DNA of 64,000 bases from an uncultured Armatimonadetes bacterium (GCA_963716175.1 OY970296.1:4384001-4448000); one strand, 5' to 3'. Shown: positions 54,543 to 63,583, counted from the stretch's first letter. A program made the numbers and translations. Notes: generated by a model from the letters alone, not told the origin.

Positions 54543-57500
54543 ATGCTTCGACTGGCGGTTACTGCAGTGCTCCTGATGATCGTCGCGCCCGGCGCATTGG
54601 CCGCTCCCGGTTGGCCCCATCCCCTCTACCTCGCCAATGGCGGCTACTGGAGCAAGCGCGTGCGAGTAGACGTGCATAGCGCCACGGCCGCCGATGTCGC
54701 GGGGGCGCCGGTGGCAGTGAAAGTGGGCAAGGGGCCGGGCCAGGCCGACCTCGTGGGCGCAGCGGCCCAAGCGGTGCGCGTGGTGGATACGAACGGGGTC
54801 GAGGTGCTCTTCGCCATCCGCACCCCGGCCGGCGAGCTGCTCGCCAAGGGGCCGATTCCCGAGCAAAGCGACCTTGTCATCCCGGCCGTCTGCTCGGCTG
54901 GCAAAGACGCGGCCTGCTACATCTACTTCGCCAACGCCGCGGCGTGGCCGGTTCCTGATTTCCTGGAAACGTCGTTGGCCATCCGCAACGGCGGGATGGA
55001 AGAGGGCTCCGGCGCTTCCCCGGCCGGCTGGCAGCACGACGAGGGTGACGCGGAACACCGGGCCTCGTGGGGCACAGAATGCGCTCACACCGGCACGCAC
55101 AGCCTCAAGCTGGCCGTGTCTCCTGGTGCGCAGCCGGCCTGGATATCCACGCGCCAGGCCGATATCTACATCCAGCCGGGAGCGCACTACCTCCTGCGCG
55201 GCTGGGTGAAGGCGGAGAATGTCAGCTCCGACGGCTGGGCTGGTTGGTACATCCACGTCGGCAACGCCTCGGACCCAATGCTGTTGAACGCGGACGCAAG
55301 CGGCGGCAGCGGCAGCTACGACTGGAAGCAGGTCAGCGCCGAGTTCACCGCGCCGCCGGGCGTAGACCGCGCCGATATCGGCACCGTGCTGTGGGGCGCC
55401 GGTGCGGCCTGGTTTGACGATGTCACGCTCGCATGCTCGTCGCCGCCCGCGCTGACGGCGACTGCAGGCCCGCCGGAGACACGCGTGCTGACAGAACTCG
55501 GCGCGACCTCGGACTGGTATGACGGCGAAGCCGACAGCGATGCCCATTGGGAGTGGCGCTTTCCGGTAAGAGTGATGAACCTCTCCGGGGCGACGCTGAC
55601 TGGACTCGCGCAGGTGGACATCAGCCCCGCGTGGGAGCGGTTCAGCCCGAGTATCAACGAGAACAGCATTCGCGTCACCCGCGGCTCGACCCTCATCCCC
55701 TGCTACCGCATCGGCAGCAACGTCTTGTTCGAAGCGCGCACGGAGCCGGACACCGCCCAGACCTACTACCTCTACCTGTCGAGGGATGGGCGTATCCCGG
55801 CCGGCCCTGGCTCCGACTACGCCGCGCTCATAGGCACCAGCAGCAACCTGGTCAAGAACCCCAGCTTCGAGCTGGGCCAGCCGCTGCCGGAGCACTGGTC
55901 CTCACAGGCCGCCCCTGGCGTTGTGCTCAGCCTGGATACGCCCGGCCTCTTCGGCGGCCGCGCCGCCAGGATAGATGTGCCGCCGACTGCTCGGGCCAAC
56001 TGGTCGGGCTGGCAACAAGACGTCCCCGTGCAGCCTGGCAAGACCTACCTCTACTCCGCCTGGGTGAAGTGCCAGGAGGTAAGCGGCGACGCGGTTGCGA
56101 TCTACGCTCACTACCTCAACCCCGCCGGCGAGCTGTGCCGGACGAGCCAGTACGCGGATGCCGGCCAGCCCATCAGCGGGACCCATGATTGGGCGCTGAT
56201 GTCCGGCGTGTTCCCGATGCCACCGGACTGCATCACCTTCCAGCTTCACCTCACGACACCCGCGCGCGGCACCGTGTGGCATGACGGCGTGGTGCTGACC
56301 GAGATTGTGCCTGCCACCTTGGGCCAGCTCGAGACACGTTCGGCCCGGCCCTCCGGGCTGAACGTCTGGTCGGTCAACCCGATTGTCAAAGTGTTCCAGG
56401 ACGACTCGCCTCCGACGCAGCCTCCGCGGGCCCGCATCTCTGCCGCCCGCAATGAGAAAGAGCCTCTGCAGCTTGCTGTCCGCAGCTCCGAACCCCTGAA
56501 TGGTGTCACGGTCGAGGTTGAACCTCCCACCAACGCCGCTGGTGCACGGCTTACGGATATCACCGTCAACATCGTCGGGTACGTCCCAGTTGACCATCCC
56601 AGCGGCTACTATCGGACCGCGGTTCCCTCTTGGCAGCGCAAGTATCCCATCGAAGCAGGCCAGTCCGACGGCTGGCCTGGGTGGTGGCCCGATCCGCTGC
56701 TGCCGGGAAACAGGTTCGACCTCGCGGCCAACACGACGCAGCCGGTGTGGATCACGATTGGCATTCCGAGGAAGGCGGCGGCGGGAGACTACGCTGGCAA
56801 GGTGAGGGTCGCGGCGGGAACGTCACTCCTCCGGGAGGTCCCGTTCACCGTACACGTGTGGGACTTCGCGCTCCCCGATGAGCGTCACCTGCCCGCGATC
56901 TACGACATCAGGTTGAACGACCTCTGGCAGACCGCGGGCAAAACGATGGATCAGGTGCGAAGCGACCTGGAGGCCGCGATGTCCGACCATCGCCTCTGCC
57001 CCGACGCCGTCTACCCCGATCCCGTCATCAGCTACAAGAACGGCGTCGTCTCCGCTGACTTCACCGCCTACGACCAGGCGGCCGAGCGCTACTTCGGCGA
57101 CCTCAAGCTGCCCCACACCTATGCCCCGTCGCGCTTCTACGGCTTCACCTGGGGCAATCCGCCCGGCGAGTTCAACGGGGAGAAGCCCTATCCGGGCGAC
57201 TACCCCTACACGTCGGCCGACCCGGGCCGGCTGCGGCCCGAGTACAAGGCCGCCTATCAGGCCTGCCTCCGCGCCTACTGGGATCACATGAAGGCGAGAG
57301 GCTGGGACAAGCAGGTAGTGCTCTACCTCGCGGACGAGCCCTTCGACTCAGACCCGCGGATCATCGCCCAGCTCAAGGCCCTGGCCGACATGGTGCATGA
57401 GGTGGACCCGGCGATCCCGACCTATGTCAGCACCTGGCGCTACATCCCGGCCTGGGACGGCTGCATAGACATCTGGGGGATCGGTCACTATGGAACGGTG

Positions 57501-58079
57501 CTGCCGGAGGAGATGGCGCAGATGAGGGCCAAGGGCGCGCGCCTGCGCTTCACCACCGATGGGCAGATGTGCATTGACACACCCTACCTCGCGGTCGAGC
57601 GGCTGCTGCCTCATTACTGCTTCAAGTACGGGGTCGAGGGCTACGAGTTCTGGGGCATCTCCTGGCTAGTCACCTACAATCCCTACCAGTTCGGCTGGTT
57701 CCCCTATATCCATCAGAGCGACCAGCCTGGAGTTTCCTACTACGTCCGCTATCCCAATGGCGATGGCTTCCTCGCCTACCCCGGCGGCCTCATCGGCTGC
57801 GGCCAACCCGTCAGCTCCATCCGACTCGAGCAAGCGCGAGAGGGAGCGGAAGACTACGAGTACCTGTACCTCCTGAGGGACCTTGTGGCCGAGGCCAAAG
57901 CCGCGGGCGTGAGCACAGGGGCAGTGGAAGCAGCGCTGCGAGCCGCAGACGAGCTGGTCGCAATCCCCAACGCGGGCGGGAAGTACTCTACGAAAATCCT
58001 CCCCGACCCCAGCGCCATCTTAGCGGTGAGAGAGAAGGCGGCCGCGGCGATTGAGGGCCTTTCAGCCCCCGCGAAGTAG
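54543..58079 (+). CDS. Secreted multidomain glycoside hydrolase with CBM4/9-like modules and C-terminal DUF4091 (GH123-like)
   Basis: Signal peptide; two NGGME/NPSFE CBM-like repeats; ARNEKEPLQL, YLADEP, GDGFLAYPG, SIRLEQAREGAEDYEYL. Confidence 0.8.
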   Translation: MLRLAVTAVLLMIVAPGALAAPGWPHPLYLANGGYWSKRVRVDVHSATAADVAGAPVAVKVGKGPGQADLVGAAAQAVRVVDTNGVEVLFAIRTPAGELLAKGPIPEQSDLVIPAVCSAGKDAACYIYFANAAAWPVPDFLETSLAIRNGGMEEGSGASPAGWQHDEGDAEHRASWGTECAHTGTHSLKLAVSPGAQPAWISTRQADIYIQPGAHYLLRGWVKAENVSSDGWAGWYIHVGNASDPMLLNADASGGSGSYDWKQVSAEFTAPPGVDRADIGTVLWGAGAAWFDDVTLACSSPPALTATAGPPETRVLTELGATSDWYDGEADSDAHWEWRFPVRVMNLSGATLTGLAQVDISPAWERFSPSINENSIRVTRGSTLIPCYRIGSNVLFEARTEPDTAQTYYLYLSRDGRIPAGPGSDYAALIGTSSNLVKNPSFELGQPLPEHWSSQAAPGVVLSLDTPGLFGGRAARIDVPPTARANWSGWQQDVPVQPGKTYLYSAWVKCQEVSGDAVAIYAHYLNPAGELCRTSQYADAGQPISGTHDWALMSGVFPMPPDCITFQLHLTTPARGTVWHDGVVLTEIVPATLGQLETRSARPSGLNVWSVNPIVKVFQDDSPPTQPPRARISAARNEKEPLQLAVRSSEPLNGVTVEVEPPTNAAGARLTDITVNIVGYVPVDHPSGYYRTAVPSWQRKYPIEAGQSDGWPGWWPDPLLPGNRFDLAANTTQPVWITIGIPRKAAAGDYAGKVRVAAGTSLLREVPFTVHVWDFALPDERHLPAIYDIRLNDLWQTAGKTMDQVRSDLEAAMSDHRLCPDAVYPDPVISYKNGVVSADFTAYDQAAERYFGDLKLPHTYAPSRFYGFTWGNPPGEFNGEKPYPGDYPYTSADPGRLRPEYKAAYQACLRAYWDHMKARGWDKQVVLYLADEPFDSDPRIIAQLKALADMVHEVDPAIPTYVSTWRYIPAWDGCIDIWGIGHYGTVLPEEMAQMRAKGARLRFTTDGQMCIDTPYLAVERLLPHYCFKYGVEGYEFWGISWLVTYNPYQFGWFPYIHQSDQPGVSYYVRYPNGDGFLAYPGGLIGCGQPVSSIRLEQAREGAEDYEYLYLLRDLVAEAKAAGVSTGAVEAALRAADELVAIPNAGGKYSTKILPDPSAILAVREKAAAAIEGLSAPAK

Positions 58080-58171
58080 CGGCGCCGAACTGGACCGGGA
58101 AGGGCGCCCATGTCGCCGTTGGCGTTCTGTGGTTAGCCACGGGCCAAAGGGTGCACCGGACGCGGCTGGGC

Positions 58172-58203
58172 AAAAAAGCGACGCCCCCGCGTAGGAGGGC
58201 GTC
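58172..58203 (-). terminator. Rho-independent terminator of tracrRNA
   Basis: GC stem followed by T6 on the minus strand (AAAAAA at 58172-58177). Confidence 0.8.
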
Positions 58204-58280
58204 TGGGCGCTCCGTAGAGCGGAGCCTGCGGACGAAAGTCCTTGCTGCAATTAGCCGGACAATCGCCGCTCTGGTACAAT
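58172..58280 (-). ncRNA. tracrRNA
   Basis: 58261-58280 is a 20/20 match to the A-variant repeat; further pairing to 58245 via G:U wobbles after a small bulge; then nexus AAGGACTTTCGTCCG, hairpin GCTCCG..CGGAGC and terminator GACGCCCTCC..GGGGGCGTC-GCTTTTTT. Confidence 0.9.
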
Positions 58281-58287
58281 GTGCTTC

Positions 58288-58316
58288 AGGATAGCACATA
58301 GCACTGGCTCGGTCAA
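58288..58316 (-). promoter_or_regulatory. Sigma70-type promoter of tracrRNA
   Basis: Minus strand TTGACC-17 bp-TATCCT with extended TG; predicted start near 58280, the first base of the anti-repeat. Confidence 0.7.
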
Positions 58317-58326
58317 GGGGGAAGCG

Positions 58327-61300
58327 ATGGAAATCGTCGCTGACGGAGGGCAGGACCAGAGCGGATTCATACTCGGGCTCGATATCGGTGCAGCTTCGAT
58401 TGGCTGGGCGCTCGCGGGATTGCGCGATGGTCGGCCGCAAGGGTTGAGGGCCGCAGGCGTGCGCGCCTTTGCAGCCGGCGTCGAAGGTGACATCGAGCGC
58501 GGGTCGCGACCAATCACGCGCCGCCAAACGCCGAGAGGCGCGCCTCCGCCGCCGAATGCTGGCCCGCCGCCGTCATCGCTTGACGAAGCTCGCCGGGGTG
58601 CTCCAGCGCGGCGGGCTGCTCCCGCCCGGCGCGCTCGACACTCCCGAGGCCATAGATGCCTTCTTTGCCACCCTTGACCGCGACCTGTTCCCGCAGGACC
58701 TGCGAGCTCGCGACCCCCACGTCATGCACTACCGCCTGCGCGCTCGCGCGCTCGATGAGAAGCTCGCACCCTACCAGGTAGGCCGCGCTATCTATCATCT
58801 TGCGTAGCGCCGAGGCTTCCTCTCGAATCGCAGAGAGACAACGCGGCCCCGACGAGACGATGACGAGGGCGTGGTGAAGAGGGCCATCGGCGAACTCGAA
58901 CAGGAGATGCAGGAGGCCGATGCGCGCACACTCGGTGAACACCTTTCCCGGACCATCCCCGAGCAGAAGCGCCTGCGCAACCGTTACATCTCACGCGGCA
59001 TGATCGAACATGAGTTCACCGCCATCTGGCAGGCGCAGGCCCAGCATCACGCCGACCTGATGCGGGAGGACCTGCGCAAGCAGCTTCACTATGCCATCTT
59101 CCATCAGCGCCCCCTCAAGTCCCCGAAGCGCTTCATCGGCTTCTGCGACCTGGAGCGGGACCGCCGCCGCGCCCCACTCGCGGTGCTCGCCGCCCAGCGT
59201 CACCGCCTCCTCCAGAAGGTCAACGACCTCAGGTTCATCTCGAATCGCGGCGAGGTGCGCGACCTCAGCCGCGAGGAGCGGGCGAAGCTCGCCCTGGCCC
59301 TGGAAACCAAGGGCGAGATGACCTTCGCCGCGATTCGCAGGCTGTTGTCACTGAAGGACGGCCGCCTGAACTTCGAGACCGAAGGGGAGAAAACCCTCGT
59401 CGGCAATCGAACCGCCGCGAAGCTGGTGACCGTGTTCGGGGAGGCGCGCTGGGCCGAGCTCACGCCGGCGCAGCGCGACCAGGTCGTCGAGGACCTGCGC
59501 ACCATTCACAACCCCGACGCGCGCAGACGCCGAGCCGCCAATGCATGGGGACTTGATGAAGGTGCCGCTGCCCGCTTCGCCGACATCGTCCTGGAGGACG
59601 GCCATCACAGCCTATCGCGCCAGGCCCTCGCCCGAGTCCTGCCGCTCATGGAGCAGGGCGAGCCCTACGCCACCGCCCGCAAGGCCTGCTACCCCGACCG
59701 GGCGGAAGGGAACCCGCGCGATCTCCTGCCTCCGCTGGACGATGTCATGGAGGTCCGCAACCCCACCGTCCAGCGGGCGCTCACTGAGTTGCGCAAACTG
59801 GTGAACGCGGTCGTGCGTCAGTACGGCAAGCCATCCTACATCCGCATCGAGCTCGCCCGCGACCTCAAACGTAACCGCAAGCAGCGCCAGGACATTCACT
59901 TTCGGAACATCGCCAATCGCAAAGACCGCGAGACAGCCGCGGCGGCATTGCTGAAAGAGCGCGGGATCACCAGTCCCCGCCGTTCCGATGTAGAGAAGTG
60001 GCTGCTCGCGGAGGAGTGTCGCTGGATCTGCCCCTACAGCAGCCCCGAGCGCCACATCAGCGTGGAGGCGCTCTTCGGGGACGCGCCTCAGTTCCAGGTC
60101 GAGCACATCATCCCGTTCCCGCGGTGCCTCGATGACTCGTTCCTGAACAAGACCCTCTGCCATGTAGACGAGAACCGCCGCAAGGGCAACCGCACCCCCT
60201 GGGAGGCCTATCACGGCACCCCTCAGTGGGACGATATCATCGGCCGCGTCAAGGGCTTCTCCGGCGGCGGCCGCGGCAGAGCCGCCCGAAACCCCAAGCT
60301 GCGGCGTTTCCAGATGGAGGAGATAGACAGCCTCGACGACTTTGTCAGCCAGCAGCTCAACGACACCCGCTACGCCTCCCGCCTCGCCGTCACGTTCGTG
60401 GCCCAGCTCTACGGCGCGGGCGCCGACGGGGTTGATCCCCACGGCCGCCGCTGCGTCCAGGCCAGCCGTGGCCAGGTGACCGCACACTTGCGCGACCAAT
60501 GGCTTCTGAACTCCATCCTGGGCGGGGGTGAGAAGACGCGTGAGGATCACCGCCACCACGCCATTGATGCCGTGGTCGTCGCCCTTACCGATCCGGGGGC
60601 TATCAAGCACCTCAGCGACGCCGCGGCGCAGGCCGAATCCGCCCGCCGCCGGCGCTTCGCCCCCCTGTCCCCTCCGTGGCCCGCGTTCCTCGATGACGTG
60701 CGATCCGCCGTGGACACGATGGTGGTCTCCCACCGCGTCTCGCGCAAGGTGGCAGGGCCGATGCATGAAGAGACCATCTACGGTCGGCCGCGTCCTGACG
60801 ACGACGGCCGTCCCCAGGTGCATATCCGCAAACCCATCGAGGCCCTTTCGGCGAAGGACGTTTCGACCATCGTGGACCCCGCGGTGCGCCGCTGTGTGGA
60901 GGAGAAGCTGGCCGCGCTCGGTGAGAGCGACCCTGCCAAGGCCTTCAAGACTCCCGACACCCACCCGACCCTGCGTGCCCGAGATGGCCGCGACGTTCCT
61001 ATCCACAAAGTGCGCATCCGCAGGAGCGATGCGACGCAGCAGATTGGCCTCGACGCGCACCCTCGCCAGGTCAAGCTCGCCAACAACCACCACGTCGAGA
61101 TCATCGAGCCCACTGACGCCAGGGGCCGCGTCAAGTGGGAGGGCGTGGTCGTCAGCACCTATGAGGCCATGCAGCGCCTGCGCAACGGAGCCCCCGTCAT
61201 ACAGCGAGATCACGGCCCGGGCAAACGCTTCCTCTTCTCCCTGGCCCCCGGCGAAGTGGTGGAACTCGATGACGGGACGGAAGGCGACAGGCGCTTCTAC

Positions 61301-61510
61301 GTGGTCAGGAAAGTTACACGGCGAGGAGAGGGCAACCGGCAGCGTGTCACCATCGGGATTGTCGGGGTGAATGATGCTCGCATGAGCACCGCCCGTGGGG
61401 AACAAGAGGCGAGAGAGCTGAAGGAACCTTCAGCGGAAGTGCTTCACACGCTGCACTGCCGCAAGGTCCTCGTCACTCCGCTCGGGGAGGTGCGCGATGC
61501 CAGGGATTGA
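58327..61510 (+). CDS. cas9: Type II-C Cas9, ~1060 aa, interrupted by a +1 frameshift (GGG 58501-58503) and an in-frame TAG (58805-58807)
   Basis: RuvC-I LGLDIGAASIGWA; bridge helix RREARLRRRMLARRRHRL; HLA*RRGFLSNR; NPTVQRALTELRKLVN; RuvC-II IELARD; HNH VEHIIP...NKTL...N..KGNRTP; QLNDTRY; RuvC-III HRHHAIDA. Confidence 0.95.
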
Positions 61511-61869
61511 ATTGTACCAGAGCGGCGGTTCCCGACCAACTACAGTCCCCACGCCACGCAGCTTCTCCTCCCGGTCATTGTACCAGAGCGGCGATTCCCG
61601 ACCAACTACAGTGCCTCGAACCCGCCACACCGGAGTCGGTACATTGTACCAGAGCGGCGATTCCCGACCAACTACAGTTCAGAGCGGGTTGGAGCCCTGC
61701 CGAGAAGGATTGTACCAGAGCGGCGATTCCCGACCAACTACAGTCTGTTGATGGGCTACCCCTTCGTGCCGAAATTGTACCAGAGCGGCGGTTCCCGACC
61801 AACTACAGTCAGCTTCGCCACTGCAGTAATCAGTGCCAATTGTACCAGAGCGGCGGTTCCCGACCAACT
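61511..61869 (-). CRISPR. Type II-C CRISPR array: 5 full 36-bp repeats, one 31-bp truncated repeat, 5 spacers (30,30,30,29,29 bp)
   Basis: Repeat on + strand ATTGTACCAGAGCGGCG(G/A)TTCCCGACCAACTACAGT at 61511, 61577, 61643, 61709, 61774, 61839; minus-strand orientation inferred from the TGGTACAAT end and G:U pairing with tracrRNA. Confidence 0.97.
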
Positions 61870-62204
61870 GGGCTATCTGGTGCAGAACGGCAAGCCTGGT
61901 GCATTCGAGGGGGGAGGGAGACCACTCCCCCCTCGATTCTCCCCCCACCTGGAATCGTGCCAGAGCGGCGGTTCCCGACCAACTGGGCTATCTGGTGCAG
62001 AACGGCAAGCCTGGTGCATTCGAGGGGGGAGGGAGACCACTCCCCCCTCGATTCTCCCCCCACCTGGAATCGTGCCAGAGCGGCGATTCCCAACCAACTG
62101 GGCTATCTGGTGCAGAACGGCAAGCCTGGTGCATTCGAGGGGGGAGGGAGACCACTCCCCCCTCGATTCTCCCCCCACCTGGAATCGTGCCGGAGCGGCG
62201 ATTG
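61839..62204. repeat. Tandem 3 x 115-bp unit (31-bp truncated CRISPR repeat plus identical 84-bp hairpin insert) and a terminal repeat remnant
   Basis: Repeat-like parts at 61839, 61954, 62069, 62184; inserts at 61870, 61985, 62100. Confidence 0.95.
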
Positions 62205-62219
62205 CGACCGGTGTGCTGG

Positions 62220-62268
62220 TCGCTTGACAGGCAGCGCGGCGCGGGCTAGGCTAGCCCAAGTCAAGCGA
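62220..62268 (+). promoter_or_regulatory. Putative promoter within inverted repeats
   Basis: TTGACA(62224)-17 bp-TAGGCT(62247); flanked by TCGCTTGAC/GTCAAGCGA; palindrome GGGCTAG-G-CTAGCCC over the -10. Confidence 0.45.
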
Positions 62269-62497
62269 ATGCTCGAAGGAAGGGAGGTGGGCACGATTCC
62301 AGAGATGGCATGCGTGGCGCAGGGGGAAGGTCGTCGCCCACGTCCCAGGCCTTGGGCTGGCTGATCTGCTCGCGGTAGTCGTGAGCGGAGAGTGCAGGTC
62401 GCGCCACGGGCCAGGAGGCCCGTGGCGTTTCTGCGGCCCATCCCCCAGCCCCGCGGCTATGAACGGAAAGCCGCACCAATCACGGAGGATGAGCGCA

Positions 62498-63583
62498 ATG
62501 ATCTCTGAGTTGGAGGCGATCGGGTTTGAGCGGATACGCCCGCTTCTGCAGGAGGTACAGCACAACCTTACCATTGCGGCCGTGGTCGAAGGAACCTGCC
62601 CTGGCAGAATCTGGGTAGACAATGCCGCTGCTCCCCGCAGCGCGTTAGTATCAACGCCAGAGGGACACTTCCTGGTGGGACAGAGGCCCGAAGGGGAGCT
62701 CGCGGCCTCTCTCAAGGAGCTGATCACTGAGACCATCTACCCGCGCGGTAAAGCGCAGGGATGGTTGTGCTTTCTTCTGCATTACCCCGACCCGGACTGG
62801 AAGCCTGCCATCGCCGACCTCGTGGCGGCGAAGTGCCCAGTGTGGGACCATCAGCAGTACTTCGTTCTCAAGCATCTCAGGCGCGATTGGCGCGAGGGGT
62901 TCCCCGACGGGTTCTCCCTGCAGCGCGTGGACCGCGGTTTGCTGGAGAGAGCGGACCTCGCCAACGTGCAGCACCTGAGAGGCTGGGCGACCGGGAACTT
63001 CGGGTCACTCGCAGGATTTCTGGAACATGGCTTCGGTTTCTGCATCACCCGCGGGAGTGAGATCGTCAGCTGGTGCCTCTCGGACTGCGTCAGCGGGTGC
63101 TGCTGCGAGATCGGCATCCACACCGCGGAGGGCTATCGCAGGCGGGGCCTGGCGGCTCGCACCGTGGCCGCAGCCGTGGAGCATTGCCTCGCGAGTGGGC
63201 TGACACATGTTGGCTGGCACTGCTGGAGCAGCAATCTGGCCTCCGCGGCGACGGCGAGAGCAGTCGGGTTCGAGAAGGTGCTCGACCACTACGGCGTGCA
63301 GGTCTGGTTCAACGAGTTCGACGGCCTCCTGGTCAACGGGAACCTCTGTCTCCTGCAGAGCCGTTACGCCGATGCCGCCGAATGGTACGAGAAGGCCTTC
63401 GCGATGGCGGCTATGGGGGCCCCGGAGGTGGAGGCATCGAGCGTCATCGGCACCGCGGCGGACTGGGGCCGGTACTACCATAAGGCGGCGTGCTCGTGGG
63501 CTCTGGCCGGGAACCGGGAGGCAGCGCTGAGGTGTCTGGATAGAGCCATTGACACAGGCGGCGACCGCTGGCGGCTGTTCTAG
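62498..63583 (+). CDS. GNAT acetyltransferase with C-terminal TPR-like helices
   Basis: EIGIHTAEGYRRRGLA, NLASAATARAVGF; YADAAEWYEKAF, YYHKAACSWALAGNREAALRCL; GGAGG RBS. Confidence 0.8.
   Translation: MISELEAIGFERIRPLLQEVQHNLTIAAVVEGTCPGRIWVDNAAAPRSALVSTPEGHFLVGQRPEGELAASLKELITETIYPRGKAQGWLCFLLHYPDPDWKPAIADLVAAKCPVWDHQQYFVLKHLRRDWREGFPDGFSLQRVDRGLLERADLANVQHLRGWATGNFGSLAGFLEHGFGFCITRGSEIVSWCLSDCVSGCCCEIGIHTAEGYRRRGLAARTVAAAVEHCLASGLTHVGWHCWSSNLASAATARAVGFEKVLDHYGVQVWFNEFDGLLVNGNLCLLQSRYADAAEWYEKAFAMAAMGAPEVEASSVIGTAADWGRYYHKAACSWALAGNREAALRCLDRAIDTGGDRWRLF

Noticed and set aside
54543-58079. Flanking DUF4091 hydrolase or downstream GNAT-TPR gene as CRISPR-associated accessory genes
   Set aside because: Both fit the surrounding metabolic gene content and are separated from the locus by their own signals; adjacency is the only link.
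58110-58135. TTGGCGTTCTG resembling part of the 84-bp insert guide (TTGCCGTTCTG)
   Set aside because: A 10/11 match that is not at the repeat-proximal end is expected by chance.
58805-58807. Amber recoding (pyrrolysine or alternative code) in cas9
   Set aside because: Many genes here end normally at TAG and no pyl genes are visible; a C-to-T change or sequencing error is simpler.
58327-61510. IscB or catalytically dead Cas9
   Set aside because: Size, REC lobe, tracrRNA and array indicate Cas9; RuvC and HNH catalytic residues are present.
61430-62441. Several ORFs with repeated peptides across the array (for example the 285-aa ORF 61507-62364)
   Set aside because: They are translations of the CRISPR repeats and 115-bp units, not credible proteins.
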